64,000 bases of DNA from Eledone cirrhosa (Eukaryota), in NCBI GenBank assembly GCA_964016885.1, contig OZ024743.1, positions 17,670,001-17,734,000 of the forward strand. Direction: 5' to 3'. The position numbers and the translations under genes were made by a program. The notes below the pieces were generated by a model. That model did no database searches and had not been told where the DNA came from. It saw only the letters and a list, made by a program, of their open reading frames with translations. Numbering within the stretch: the first letter of the stretch is position 1; the number at the start of each line of letters is the position of its first letter. Below are positions 11,956-24,639 of the stretch, piece by piece.

Positions 11956-13067
11956 AATAGAACAGGTGATTATTTAAATCGTTTTTTAATTTATTTAGAG
12001 AATTGTTTGATAACCGCTTGCTCCGCTAATTTTTATATTGTTCTGGTATCTCGAATTAGTACAATTAAACCACAAATATTATAAACACCTTGCATATTTC
12101 TACAAGTACATAGTACCTGTTGAAGTATTCATCCACTTTTATAATTGTTCTCCTTATGTAGAGAACAAAACGTTGAATAATGCTGTTAATTTTAGTGGCA
12201 ATATCAACATGTTTATGATAAACAGCTATTATCTGCGATCTGATTTTGCGTGTGTGTCATTTTAACGGCTTGACCGCATGCGTTGGGCAGGAAGCAAAAT
12301 ATTTACTTACTGTAAGGCTAGCATCCTTATAGTGTAGAAATAAGCTGTCTGCAGATTCGTTTCTTTCCATTGGAAATTCTTTGGATTTCCAATCTTTGGA
12401 ATGATGAAACCGTCGGTAACAGCAATAGAACAGGTGATTATTTAAATCGTTTTTTAATTTATTTAGAGAATTGTTTGATAACCGCTTGTTCCGCTATTTT
12501 TTATATTGTTCTGGTATCTCGAATTAGTACAATTGAACCACAAATATTATAAACACCTTGCATATTTCTACAAGTACATAGTACCTGTTGAAGTATTCAT
12601 CCACTTTTATAATTTTTCTCCTTATGTAGAGAACAAAACGTTGAATAATGCTGCTAATTTTAGTGGCAATATCAACATGTTTATAATAAACAGCTATTAT
12701 CTGCGACCTGATTTTGCGTGTGTGTCATTTTAACGGCTTGACCACATGCGTTGGGCAGGAAGCGAAATATTTACTTACTGTAAGGCTAGCATCCTTATAG
12801 TGTAGAAATAAGCTGTCTGCAGATTCGTTTCTTTCCATTGGAAATTCTTTGGATTTCCAATCTTTTGGAATGATAAAACCGTCGGTAACAGGTGATTATT
12901 TAAATCGTTTTTTAATCTATTTAGAGAATTGTTTGATAACCGCTTGTTCCGCTATTTTTTATATTGTTCTGGTATCTCGAATTAGTACAATTGAACCACA
13001 AATATTATAAACACCTTGCATATTTCTACAAGTAGATAGTACTTGTTGAAGTATTCATCCACTTTTA

Positions 13068-13068
13068 A

Positions 13069-13129
<61 letters not shown>

Positions 13130-13133
13130 TATT

Positions 13134-13215
<82 letters not shown>

Positions 13216-13224
13216 CACAAACAC

Positions 13225-13293
<69 letters not shown>
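13068..13293. repeat. Long compound (TA)n/(CA)n/(TG)n microsatellite
   Basis: Direct inspection. Confidence 0.97.
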
Positions 13294-13383
13294 ACGGTTT
13301 ACATATACATAAAGTCATAGATATATGTTGCAACTGGACAGTTGTAGCTCTATGAAGAATTAATAAATTAAATAATCAGAGCA

Positions 13384-13956
13384 ATATATCATAAATCATG
13401 TCCTTAGAATTATTATATAAAATATATAGTATTTCCGCTCCCAATTAGCATTATTAACCATATAAAAAATCAATTAGACCAAGCTATAAGAGTAAAGGCT
13501 TTTATGAAGAAATCTTCTCACAAATAACCGAAAGCGGCCTCTTCGCGATGGCCCCAATGGAGTATTTATCCAAAATTTCAACAGCATGTAGAAAATGACT
13601 AAATATACCATCAACCATACACAATTAGGTGCAAATTCAAACTTAGAAGAAATGTGTACATACCGTAATTATATCTCTACCATGCTTTCATCCGTATGTT
13701 TAGACATCCAATTAATAGGATATGTCCGGAGTATCGGATTCATCAGGAGACAAACTCAAAATTAGACATTTAGTTTTCCAAAGTGATCCCGCCAAAAATA
13801 GATTCAAAAATGGCTAAAAATCGTGACGTGGCAGTGGTCAAGTGAGAAAGAATGTGCTTGGACTAATTGAATTTTTATATGGTTAATTATGCTAATTGGG
13901 AGAGGAAATGGTATATATTTTATCTAATAATTCTAAAGACATGATTTATGATACAT
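13384..13956 (-). mobile_element. Penelope-like remnant with ~100 bp terminal inverted repeat and internal hammerhead
   Basis: 13384-13484 is the reverse complement of 13856-13956. Confidence 0.7.
13673..13752 (-). ncRNA. Type I hammerhead ribozyme
   Basis: - strand reads tgtctc CTGATGA atccg...cggat GAAA gcatg GTA gagata. Confidence 0.8.
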
Positions 13957-13959
13957 ATA

Positions 13960-14875
13960 TATATATGAAAGACGTAAAATAAGAAAATTAAAAAAATTAA
14001 AAATCAACTTACTTAATAAAGTTTTCACTCCAACTAATTAGTTTCTGTAAGGGGATAAATATAGTTACGTGATACAACTATAGAGAATTCCTGATGACGT
14101 AAGGAATTCTCTATAGTTGTATTACGTAACTATATTTATCCCCTTACAGAAACTAATTAGTTGGAGTGAACATTTTAGTAAGTTGATTTTTTATTTTTAA
14201 AATTTTCTTATTTTACGTCTTTCATATAATTGTTCTGCATCCCCCTGCATAGAACCACAAAGGTACTAAGACATAACATATATATTTGCTAGCATGGGTG
14301 TACATCTGTACACATATGTTGGTAGATGTACTAATTCTCTATATTCATCTCCAAATATTTGGTTGAGCAAAACTTGCCAACATTTACTGCTGATTCATGG
14401 TAGTAGTAGGCTCTTGTCATAATACCACCCCGCTCCTAACTGATTAACCTCAGTGTCACGTGATTGATTCTTTAGAATCTGCCACTGACCAGTGGTAGTG
14501 AATGTTTTCAGTGCTCTGGAATTTAGTCCTCGCTAGCTTTATTCCATCCACTGAATTATTATTTTTATATGGGTTCCTAGTATCCGCGCATCGCCTGGGA
14601 ACTTAGCTGAGATGGACTACCTGATGACGTAAGGAATTCTCTATTCTTGTATTACGTAACTATATTTATCCCCTCACAGAAACTAATTAGTTGGAGTGAA
14701 CATTTTAGTAAGTAAGTTGATTTTTAATTATATAAATTTTCTTATTTTACGTCTTTCATATAATTGTTCTGCATCCCCCTGCATAGAACCACACAGGTAC
14801 TAAGACATAACATATATATTTGCTAGCATGGGTGTACATCTGTAGATATATGTTGGTAGATGTACTAATTCTCTC
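13960..14875 (+). mobile_element. Penelope-like remnant: inverted partial repeat plus partial tandem 530 bp unit
   Basis: 13960-14092 folds back on 14102-14230; 14091-14340 repeats at 14621-14875; bounded by (TA)n. Confidence 0.8.
14616..14697 (+). ncRNA. Type I hammerhead ribozyme, slightly degenerate (second copy 14091-14167)
   Basis: actac CTGATGA cgtaagg...cct(t/c)aca GAAA ctaattag TT ggagt; palindromic stem III; one mismatch in stem I. Confidence 0.65.
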
Positions 14876-14899
14876 TCTCTCTTTATATATATATATATA

Positions 14900-16795
14900 T
14901 ATAATATTAAATCAACATATTAATAAATATAGACATCCAACGTAATCAAAATATATTTTATTATATATATTTCGGAGGTACTGTGGTGTTTTTTCAGTAC
15001 GTCCTCATCAGATAAAATATATAAAAATTGATGTGTAACATACCTCAACTCAACTGTGCTGATGGTTCAATTCCACTCTTGGCAGTGATTAATTACAACA
15101 AAACTTAATATTTATATACCATATGTAGTAACATGACAAACTAAATATAACGAAGAGAGTGAGTAGGAGAAAGTGTAGAAAAAATAAATAAATACATGAA
15201 AAATAATTACATAAACACATAAGTACATAAATGTTTAATATTTAAATATTTAAATATGTAAATATCCTTATTAGAGAAAGAAACCAAATGAGAGACAGAG
15301 AGAGCTAAATAGAAGAGAAAGGGAAAAGATGAGAAGATGAAGATAAAAACATAGAGAGGGAGATAGAGATGGTAGAATATAAAATTGCATAAGGAAAATA
15401 GAGGAAGAAAAGGGTGGCATGATGCGTGATTGTTTTTTTTAAATATTAAGTTAGGTAGAAGCGATCAGTTAAATACCGTGAAATGTTTAATCTATTGTAT
15501 TTTATAGAAATTGTACTATTATATTATATCAAAATTAAAACAATATAGCATAATATAAAATAATATAAAATATTTACAATGATAATCTGGAGCATAGTTA
15601 CATTAATAAATACATTCAATAATTTAGTTATAACATTCAGAGTTAGAAACATTATTAACTAACAATGATGAGTAAATAGTTATGCGAGTGTTTAACTTAA
15701 TTTACTTTGATATTAGCATCTGTATATGTATTTTATATAATGTTTAGAAATATAAATATTATAAACAATACTATTTAAATCAATACTTGTCAATTACATA
15801 TATGATTAATTCTTAGTTATATTTTCGCTTGAGAATATTATTATTTCGATTCAACCAAATCTTATTCTATTCAATACTATAGATCAAGTTAAATACAGAT
15901 TAATAATCAATTTGGATAAAACGAAAATTATACACGATAAATGTAAACAATAGCTCCGACCGACTTATATACACGTTTAAATTAACTAAACCGTTTGAAA
16001 GCCTCAATATATTACAGATCTCAAATTTAGAAAATTCAAAACTTAAAAAGAGGATTCAATATCAAACTAAAGGTATTTAATCAAGAGATTAACCTACTCT
16101 ATGAAAGAACCGATAAGCATTTCCTAAGGTGAGGTAGAACATTATACATAATATCAATAATAACAATAATAACAATGATAGTAGCATTACAAGAATTATT
16201 AATAAGAGTCAATATCGTTTCTCACTCGGTCAATCATGATAGTTTAATAATTGTTTCTACTTTTGGCACAAGGCCAGCAAATCACCAGTACATTACTGGT
16301 ACTTTATTTTATCGACCCCGTAAGGATGTATCATCTCTTTGTTTTTATCTTCATCTCTTTATCTTTTCCCTTTCTCTTCTATTTAGCTCTCTCTCTCTCT
16401 CTCATATGGTTTCTTTCTCTAAGACGGATATTTACATATTTAAATATTTAAATATTTAACATTTATGTACTTATGTGTTTATGTAATTATTTTTCATGTA
16501 TTTATTTTTTTTTTCTACACTTTTTCCTACTCACCATCTCCATTATATTTAGTTTGTCATGTTAGTACTTATGGTATATAAATATTGAGTTTTGTTGTAA
16601 TTAATCACTGCCAAGAGTGGAATTGAAACATCAGCACAGTTGAGTTAAGGTATGTTACACATCAATCTTTATATATTTTATCTCATGAGGACGTACTGAA
16701 AAAAACACCACAATACCTCCGAAATATATATAATCAAATATATTTTGATTACTTTGAATGTCTATATTTATTAATATTTTGAATTAATATTAATA
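14900..16795 (-). mobile_element. Penelope-like remnant with ~460 bp inverted repeats around a ~970 bp AT-rich spacer
   Basis: 14900-15360 is the reverse complement of 16330-16795; each arm holds a hammerhead. Confidence 0.75.
14956..15017 (-). ncRNA. Minimal type I hammerhead ribozyme (copy at 16676-16740 on + has mutated core CTCATGA)
   Basis: - strand reads tttat CTGATGA ggacgtactg aaaaaacacca cagtacctcc GAAA tatat ATA ataaa. Confidence 0.85.
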
Positions 16796-16889
16796 ACTCC
16801 AGAAAAACCTTTTTTTCCAGTTGAGTGCTTCTAATCTATTGTAAACTATATTCATTGATTAATCAATGAACCTTGTTTAACTTTTGGCT

Positions 16890-17125
16890 ATATATATATA
16901 CATATGCATGTATTTATATAATTTATATATGTGTGTATGTATATCAAATTAAAGGACAATCTTAAAATTACAGGGGTTTAAACGTGTAATTAATTAATTA
17001 AATATGCTCACCACCTCATCAGGAGTGTTTAGTAAAAAGTAAATTCATATTTCCATTCATCAATCTTAGAATACATTATATTAACATCTTCATCATCATC
17101 ATTATCATCACCATCATCGTCATTA
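16890..17125. repeat. Right arm of the diverged inverted repeat (partner 11100-11435)
   Basis: Reverse-complement alignment by eye. Confidence 0.75.
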
Positions 17126-20100
17126 AAATATATATACGTACACGCACACATTTACATATATATCTATATATCTATATATATATTGATTCACTCGCAACAG
17201 AAGAGGAAATAACAATATTTTAATGCTGAAAAAATCACATCCAGAGATTTATCACTTTATATCCTAATTAGCTAAACCGTTGTCATGTTTCATTCGATTT
17301 ATTTTCATAAGACAAGAATTGGTAATATAAATATCGGCATCAGTGTTAGAAGAAAAATATCCGATGTGTAATTTACAATCACTTATTTAATGCCGAAATA
17401 TCAACGCCCTCGTCTGGAGTGTTCATTGCATAACTTTTATCAATTAGTTATGTTGTTGCGTGTTTAACAGTAAAGCAGAAAAGGGCTCGAAACATATGAA
17501 TAATTTTAGATACATTTCTCCTTTTCAATTTAACGTTAACATTGCCCATATTTCTGGAAATGATTTACACATTGTTTCTTATATTTAAACTTATTTATTT
17601 CTGTATGGAACTATAGAGGCTGACAAAGAGAACAGTAGATTACTGATAAACAACATTACAAAATATTAAATGGAAATATACTCAAAAATGGATTTTAATA
17701 TACAGAAAGAAGCATAAGTTATTAGGATTAAAATAATACGGCCTGAGGTAAGCGCTAGGAATTTAAAGTATTTATAAAGATAAAAAAACTAAAATGTATT
17801 ATCTTTTACTGAAAAACGTTTCTTAAAATCATGGATCAATTATACACTGATTAAATAAGTTAGTTAATACATATCCCTGAAAGATGGAGATACATTGAAT
17901 AGATACACTTAATGATTCTAACAAGGCTCCTAAATTACGGTGTAATGCTGCAATACCCATTACGGAAAATAAAGTTCTCCTGCTATTCGCCATGTCTATA
18001 TATGTTTTAAATGATTATACATGTAAAAATGTTGATAAGTTCATGAAAGCAGTGGGCAAGATTGAAAATTAGATATCTCTCTGCATTTATTATGAAATGC
18101 TACAAAATTCCACCGTGTACTTAAAATAAAGGCAGCGAATTAGATTAATCTTTTATTGGCAATTCACACAGGTGGAAATCGATCCATGCATCTACCGTAC
18201 AGCACACAGCTGCAAATATATAATAATAAAATAAACCTGTGAATCGTTTACTGCATTCATATATCTCTTAACATTTGGCTAAAAATGATGAATTTGTGGA
18301 TAAATCAAAACGATTTCTAGCAATGTTAAGCACTATTACGCCAAATATTCTATTGCGATGAGACAATAGAAGTGTAATGATAGATTAATTTAATAACATA
18401 ACGCATTACCAACACGCGAAATTAACATAATTCAGCAAAATAGTATAGTATATTCTGCCATACTAAATCTGTGATATGAACGTTTTAGAACATGCATCTT
18501 AATTTAGTTAACTTGATATGAATGGTAGAGATGATTATGCATGCAAGTATCTCATTTTTGTATAGATTAACATTCATTGGATGTCTGTCACTGATAACTA
18601 ATTTTATAAGGCAACTGTCTTTTCCGATCGCATTAAAATCATTATAGGCTGAATCATTTAGACTTAGGAGAGACTTCACTCCATTTAAATGTCAACAAAA
18701 TCATATTGGATTAATTTGTATACCAATAGTACTTCTCATATATAAAGGGATAGTTTGAATATAGCTTACAATAGAGTTGACAAATACATGAACAGTTTAT
18801 ATACGAACCCATTTCGAGAACAAAACCACGATGGCATGTGGCTTAGTGTGTTTATATCAAAACAATAGCTCTCTCAATTTGAAATGTCCTCATTGCATAA
18901 GCTGTATAAATTGTGTCCATGAATGATGCTTAACTCAGTCAAATACTGAAGATTGGTATCCTGCAAGGAATAAATATAGATGTGCTACATTTTTAACTGA
19001 TTATTATTATGTTTTTATAATATAAGACTCTATCCGAAATTGAATCAATTGAATATGATTTTAGTCAAACCACTACTATAATGCAGAGTTTTAGCACGGG
19101 TCATGCCTTCGTAATATTTTGCGGGAGTATATGGGAGTATAAAGAAAAACATATTATTGTAGTATAATTTTAAATCACATTTATGAAATCCCATCATAGA
19201 AACAAATGTCGAGAATTGATTATTTGAGGCTATAGCCGATGTGCATAAAGTTGATATTGAAAAGACGTGAAATTGGACTGTGACCAGACAGAGATAAATC
19301 ACTCTCCAGAAAAATCCGATATTTCTCCCATCTTAAAATCTCATCTAAATCAAGAGAGGAACACAATTAAAGCTATAGAGGAAAAAATATGTTAATTCTA
19401 CTTGGTTTTAATATTCAATTTCAAAACACTGAGCCAAGAACCTAAATGAATACTTGCAAAACATGATATGCGACATTCTAAGGATTCTGCCAAATCGCCG
19501 TCTCACGAAACATTTTAATCACTTTTAATAAAATATCTCAATTTAAAGATTTCGTGCTAAACCTTACTTAGGTACACAGTACTGATTTTAATTTTGCAAA
19601 CCAATATGTTCATACCGATTACGCCCGTAATTGAAGTGATGAAACAACGAAGTATGCCGAATTATAGACCGATCGAAAAATAGTTAAATGTGAACCACTT
19701 TCACATCTGTTTATTTATGACGATGTCATTTTGCCTGGCCTGTAGTGTATTGTCTTCTTGCTACACATTACTAAATCGAATTGCGAAACTACAAGAGAGA
19801 AGGAAATTAAATAAAAATAAGCATTAGGAGAAATACGTTCTAAATGTACAATTTTATTGCTTTTGATAATTGAAAGACTGTTTTATGAATATAATTTATA
19901 ACCACAAATAATACACTGTGTCCTCTAAGGGACATGATTCCTTTGCACCACACCATGATGGCTACAAGGTAAACTCCAATAATCTGTTTGTATTCTTCAG
20001 GTATAATGTTGAGTGCTTCTTTATTTCATGGTTCCGAATCCATGGATGTGCCGTAAGCTTTGTACGGCAGATGCACTAACCTGCGAACAAGTTCAAGCAT

Positions 20101-20142
20101 ACTACCTATCAAGATTTCTATTCTCCTCAGCAAAAGCTGAAG

Positions 20143-23100
20143 GTCCAGAAGTTGGGGAGAGAAGACTGGTCCGGTATTGGAATGGAGATGATCATCCAAA
20201 CCGACCAGGACTGCATCAGTGTTATTCCCGACGTAATAGACGTCGGGAATGGCTTACAACTTCAAATATATGTGGAAGGAAAGTGCCCATCGTGCTTCAA
20301 CTGTGGATCGAAGTCTCACCTCAGGTCTTCTGCCCACAGAAAATAACAAAGGCGAAAGTACCCCTCCTTCCAACGCCGGAACCGATGCCATCAGAAACAG
20401 AGCAGTCAGCGAAAAAGCCGGGAGCTTCTACAGAGTGAAGGAGGACTACGTCCGTGGCACCCACAGCGAAGCCACTGACAACAAAAAACAGCGGTGTCTG
20501 CTGCAGCAAGAGCAACAGTTGCACTAGCTGCACCTGTGCCAAGAACGACAGACCAGGCTCCACCACCACCAACAACAACAAAGACAAATGAGAGGATAGA
20601 ACTAATACACCTCCCTGACCTCTCACAGTCGGACATGGAGTACGAGGTGGCTGAGGAGTGGAAAACGGTTGTCAACAAAATGAACAAACGCAAAAATACC
20701 ACAGTTTCTCCCTCTAAAAGCGAGGGCAAAGAAAAAGTGGTAAGGGCTGGAAGGAGACTTGCAGCAACATCACTATCATCATCACAAACACCACCACCAC
20801 CAACAACCACACCACCATCAACATCACCAAAAACACCAACATCGCAAGCACAACAAAGTACACACACCCGACAGCAAGAAGAAAACAGCAACAACATCAC
20901 CCACCCACCAAATAAAAAGGTACACGGCCATAAATATCACACACAAAGGATTAATGGGATATATAAAACAGCACACATACATTACAGACTTAAATTACCA
21001 CGCCCTACAATCATCAAGAACATTACCTCTAAATAATACAATAGTCGAAATTAAACTGGAAGACTATAAACAATTAAAACAAAAATTCCCCAAATGCGTT
21101 GGTGAGTGATCCTTTCTAACTTACCACATTACCTCATCCAGCATGGCCATACTCAAAACAGGCAGTATAAATGTGTGTAAACCGGAGTCATCTTGGATGC
21201 AGGGGGACATGCTTAACGACTTCAGGTCAATAAAGGTAGATATGGTAACCATCAGCGAGACCAGAATCTTTGAAGCACGAGCTTTCGCACCGATCTTCGG
21301 CGGCAACGATGTATAGGCATCTCCCAGACGTCTGGGAACGGGGGGGGGGGGTGCTGTCTTTTTTCGGAGGGGCTTGGATCTCGCCATATGGGCCATCTTC
21401 CTGGACCCAGAAGGTAAGTCGATGGTACGTGACCGGCAGCGAAGGTAATGCTTTCAGGCTAGTAGCCGTCTACGCCTCAACAGGGGCAGGACGGCCAGAT
21501 TTCTTTCGACGGCTAGAGACTTTTCTTGGAACATCCCGCTCTTTAGTGTTAGTGGGCGATTGGAACGGTATCTTAGATGCACGCTTGGATTATGTGGGGT
21601 TAGTAGACAGAGGAAGAGGGTGTAAAAGCCTCAACAACAGCTCAGTCATTTTGAAATGTCTGACAGGTATTGATTGGATTATCCTAATGTATCAATGTAG
21701 ACATGGGCACACCGCATCGGGTCATCCAGATCGTATTTCTATAGAGAATTCTGTAGGGAAACAATAAGGCTAAAGTAGGTTGTCTACAATTTAAAGTAGT
21801 CGACCACGGACCACACATTCGTGATCTGTGAAATTGACTTAGATAGACTCCATAGGCAAGGGTCCTCCATAGGCAAGGGTCCTAATGCATCCTTCCAGCT
21901 CACGCAATGATTACAGAGAACGGATTAGTGAATTAGTTGAGCGTGCGTTGACGGGTGCGATCGTCAACAACGAGTGGTGCTTTACACTGAAAAGGGCTAT
22001 TAGAGTACAATCGATAAGGTTTAGCAAAGGAGTAGTGATTGAGGAAAAGAGAGTAGAGGGACAGTTAGTTAGAAAGATAAAAGAGGTGTTTAGCACAGGC
22101 ATCGCAACCGATGAGCTTGCGGCTAGATTGGCAGTCGATCAATTATTCAACGCAAAGCATGAAGGATGCGTTGTCAGGTCTAGAGCGTGTGCTCTGAGAC
22201 ACGAGGGATCGAAATCCGTTCAATGGGCCCGGGTGGTGGAGCCGCGACGTGGCAACCACAATTCGGTCTTTGCCTGATCAAAACGGGTGCATGTTGCTCG
22301 AACCCGAGCAGATGTGTGCGACTTTTCAACAGCACTTTGATCAATTGTTTGACGGACTGCCGCGGCTCTGGACGACCGCGGCGTAGTGTTGCGAAAAGCC
22401 GATAGCAGCTGGTGAAGTACGGGACGCGATGTCTAACTGTATGAGAATTTTTCGGCGTCCTCTTGGCAGATGTCTACTGCAACTGGCAGCAGAACGGGAG
22501 CATTCCCAACTGTGTGAGCCGCGGAGCGGTGGCGCTGCTGAGGAAAAATCCGAACAAGGAGGACGTTATTAACAAATTCAGGTCCATAACTCTGCTAGAC
22601 GGAGAGTTTGGCCAAGGTGTTAGCAAAGAGATTGGCGCTTGTCGTCGGTGATATGGTGGGAGAGGTGCAGACATGCGCCATCCCGGACTGATCCATCCAC
22701 GACAACCTCCATCTCAAGGCATTTGATAGGGTCAACCATCGGTACCTGGCTGCGGTCCTCGAGGCGGCAGGTTTCGGACCCATTTTAGGGGTTGGATCGT
22801 TGCGATGCACAGCGACATCTGTTCGATTGTGAGGGTGAATGGTCACCTGTCGCAGCCTTTCAGCATCATGCGCTCGGTCTGCCATGTTTTCCCCCTCACG
22901 TCCCTCTTGTACGTACTGGCCCTAGAGCTTTTACTACACAAATTAGAGCCGATGAGTGGGTTGGGGGTCCCACACCGACTGGGATGTGGGAGATCCGTGT
23001 CAGCTTACGTCGACGACGTCACCGTGGTGGTGTCGAGCACGTCAGGATGCTCGGCACTGCTCCCAAGGAATACGAAGCGGTGACAGGCACAAAGATCAAA

Positions 23101-24610
23101 CAGGAACATATGGTGGGCTTGGAACTCGGCACCTAGAGAGGCAAGTCCATGCCGTTCAACAGCGTCGTGGGGCGCTGGACGGAAGGACCGGTTAAATTGC
23201 TTGGGGTCTGGTTCGGTCCGGACCTCCAGATGGAGAAAAACTGGAGCGAGGCGACGAGCAGGGTGACCTCCCTCCCCCAGAAATGGGCCGACAGTAAGCT
23301 GTCTCTGAAAGGTCGGGCGGCGGTGGCGAATGCGTACATAGCGTCCGTCATCTGCCTCCGCCCAACTCTGACCAAAATGGAGCTCTTTCTCTTTCGCTTT
23401 TTTGGGAAGGGACATGCCCCTATAGTCAGACGATCCATTTGCTTTCAGCACCCGTTCCGTGGAGGACTAGGCATGCCGTGGCTGATGATGCGCAAATATG
23501 CGCTGAGGATGCGACATCTCTGGTGCTTCCTTGACGGTGAACAGGTGTGGTCGCCTTTTGTCATACGCGCTTTTCCCCAGCTTGTCTCCTTGACGGAGCT
23601 GCAGTCCTGGATCAGGAAAAGACCGAGTGTTAGCGCTTGAAAGCTGGAATGTCTCCAAGCGCTCACCGCCCTCTACCGGCTGGGCACTAGTATCGGTGGA
23701 ACATCCACCTCGTCATTCTATAGAGGGCTAGTGGAGGGAAAGAGCCACGACGTTCTCTGGGAGACCCTGGGCGTCGAGGACGATCAGCTGTTCGCTCTAT
23801 TCAAGAGAACTTTCAGACCGGGGCCTATGGACAACTTCCAGAAATTCCTGGTCTGTAAGTGTTACCGGGGAGCGTTGCCGGTTTCGGTAAGCTCTACAGG
23901 AACGGAGGTGCTGTCAGCCGAGCCTGTCCGAGATGCGCGCAGGACGACGAAACCGTCCTGCACCCACTCGTCTAGTGCCCGAGGATTGCTGACTTGTGGA
24001 GCTATGTCGAATAGCTGCTGTCGAGTGTAGGACGGATCCGGTTTTCGACTGAGTCCATTGTGCAGATAGCCCCGCCATCCTCCTTTAAAGAGGAGGAATG
24101 GCAGGCAGTTTTCATCTGCCTGGTGGCCATGGATGGCGAAAGAGATTGCGTGGTGGACAAGATTGAAATGTTGAAGACGGTCACTTTCCTCTCCGACCAA
24201 TCCCTGATTAGCTTTTTCATGTTTCACTTGAAGAGGAAAATCAGGGTGGAGAGTCAAGTGCTGTCTTCTAGTAAGTTTGTTGAAAGGTGGGTGAAAGTGG
24301 CGAGGGTGGTCCGCGTGAACGGGCCCGCTCTGAGTATACGCCTGTAGACTGAGGAGGGGAAAAGTGAGAGCGGGCGCTTTCCCTGGTGGTCAGGGTGGCC
24401 GTGTTCTTTTGTGTGGGTTTCACCACGAGTGACCCTCGGAGGTTTCCCCCTTCTTGGGGAATTTTTGTTGTTTGAATTTTTCTGGATTTCTAGCCCGAAT
24501 TTGTAATAAACTGTTTACCCGACAAAAACCCACGTTGTGTTGTCCTGTAATATTATTTGCCGTCTCTAATGTTTTTCTTCGTGTCAACCCTTGTGGCCAA
24601 TAAAGCCACC
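20143..24610 (+). mobile_element. Tx1-clade LINE, divergent older subfamily, 5' truncated within ORF1, degenerate
   Basis: ORF1 pieces (EDWSGIGME, CFNCGSKSHL); ORF2 pieces from 21143 (GDWNGILD, KLLGVWFGPDL); AATAAA followed by (ATT)n 24611-24639. Confidence 0.9.
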
Positions 24611-24639
24611 ATTATTATTATTATTATTATTATTATTAT

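Larger units (their letters stand above)
11443..13067 (+). mobile_element. Hammerhead-bearing 468 bp unit: one inverted partial copy (11443-11833) plus ~2.6 tandem copies (Penelope pLTR or retrozyme-like)
   Basis: Units start ~11836, 12304 and 12772 (period 468, also seen in duplicated ORFs at 12038 and 12506); (TA)n on both sides. Confidence 0.85.

Noticed and set aside
11836-13067. CRISPR-like or coding tandem repeat (duplicated 60-75 aa ORFs)
   Set aside because: No unique spacers, eukaryotic context, and the ORFs are chance frames in a 468 bp hammerhead unit
12982-13355. Ile/Tyr-rich ORFs
   Set aside because: Translations of the (TA)n microsatellite
15400-16150. GIY-YIG endonuclease remnant in the spacer of the inverted repeat
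   Set aside because: Only faint motif-like fragments on the - strand with many stops; not supportable without a profile search
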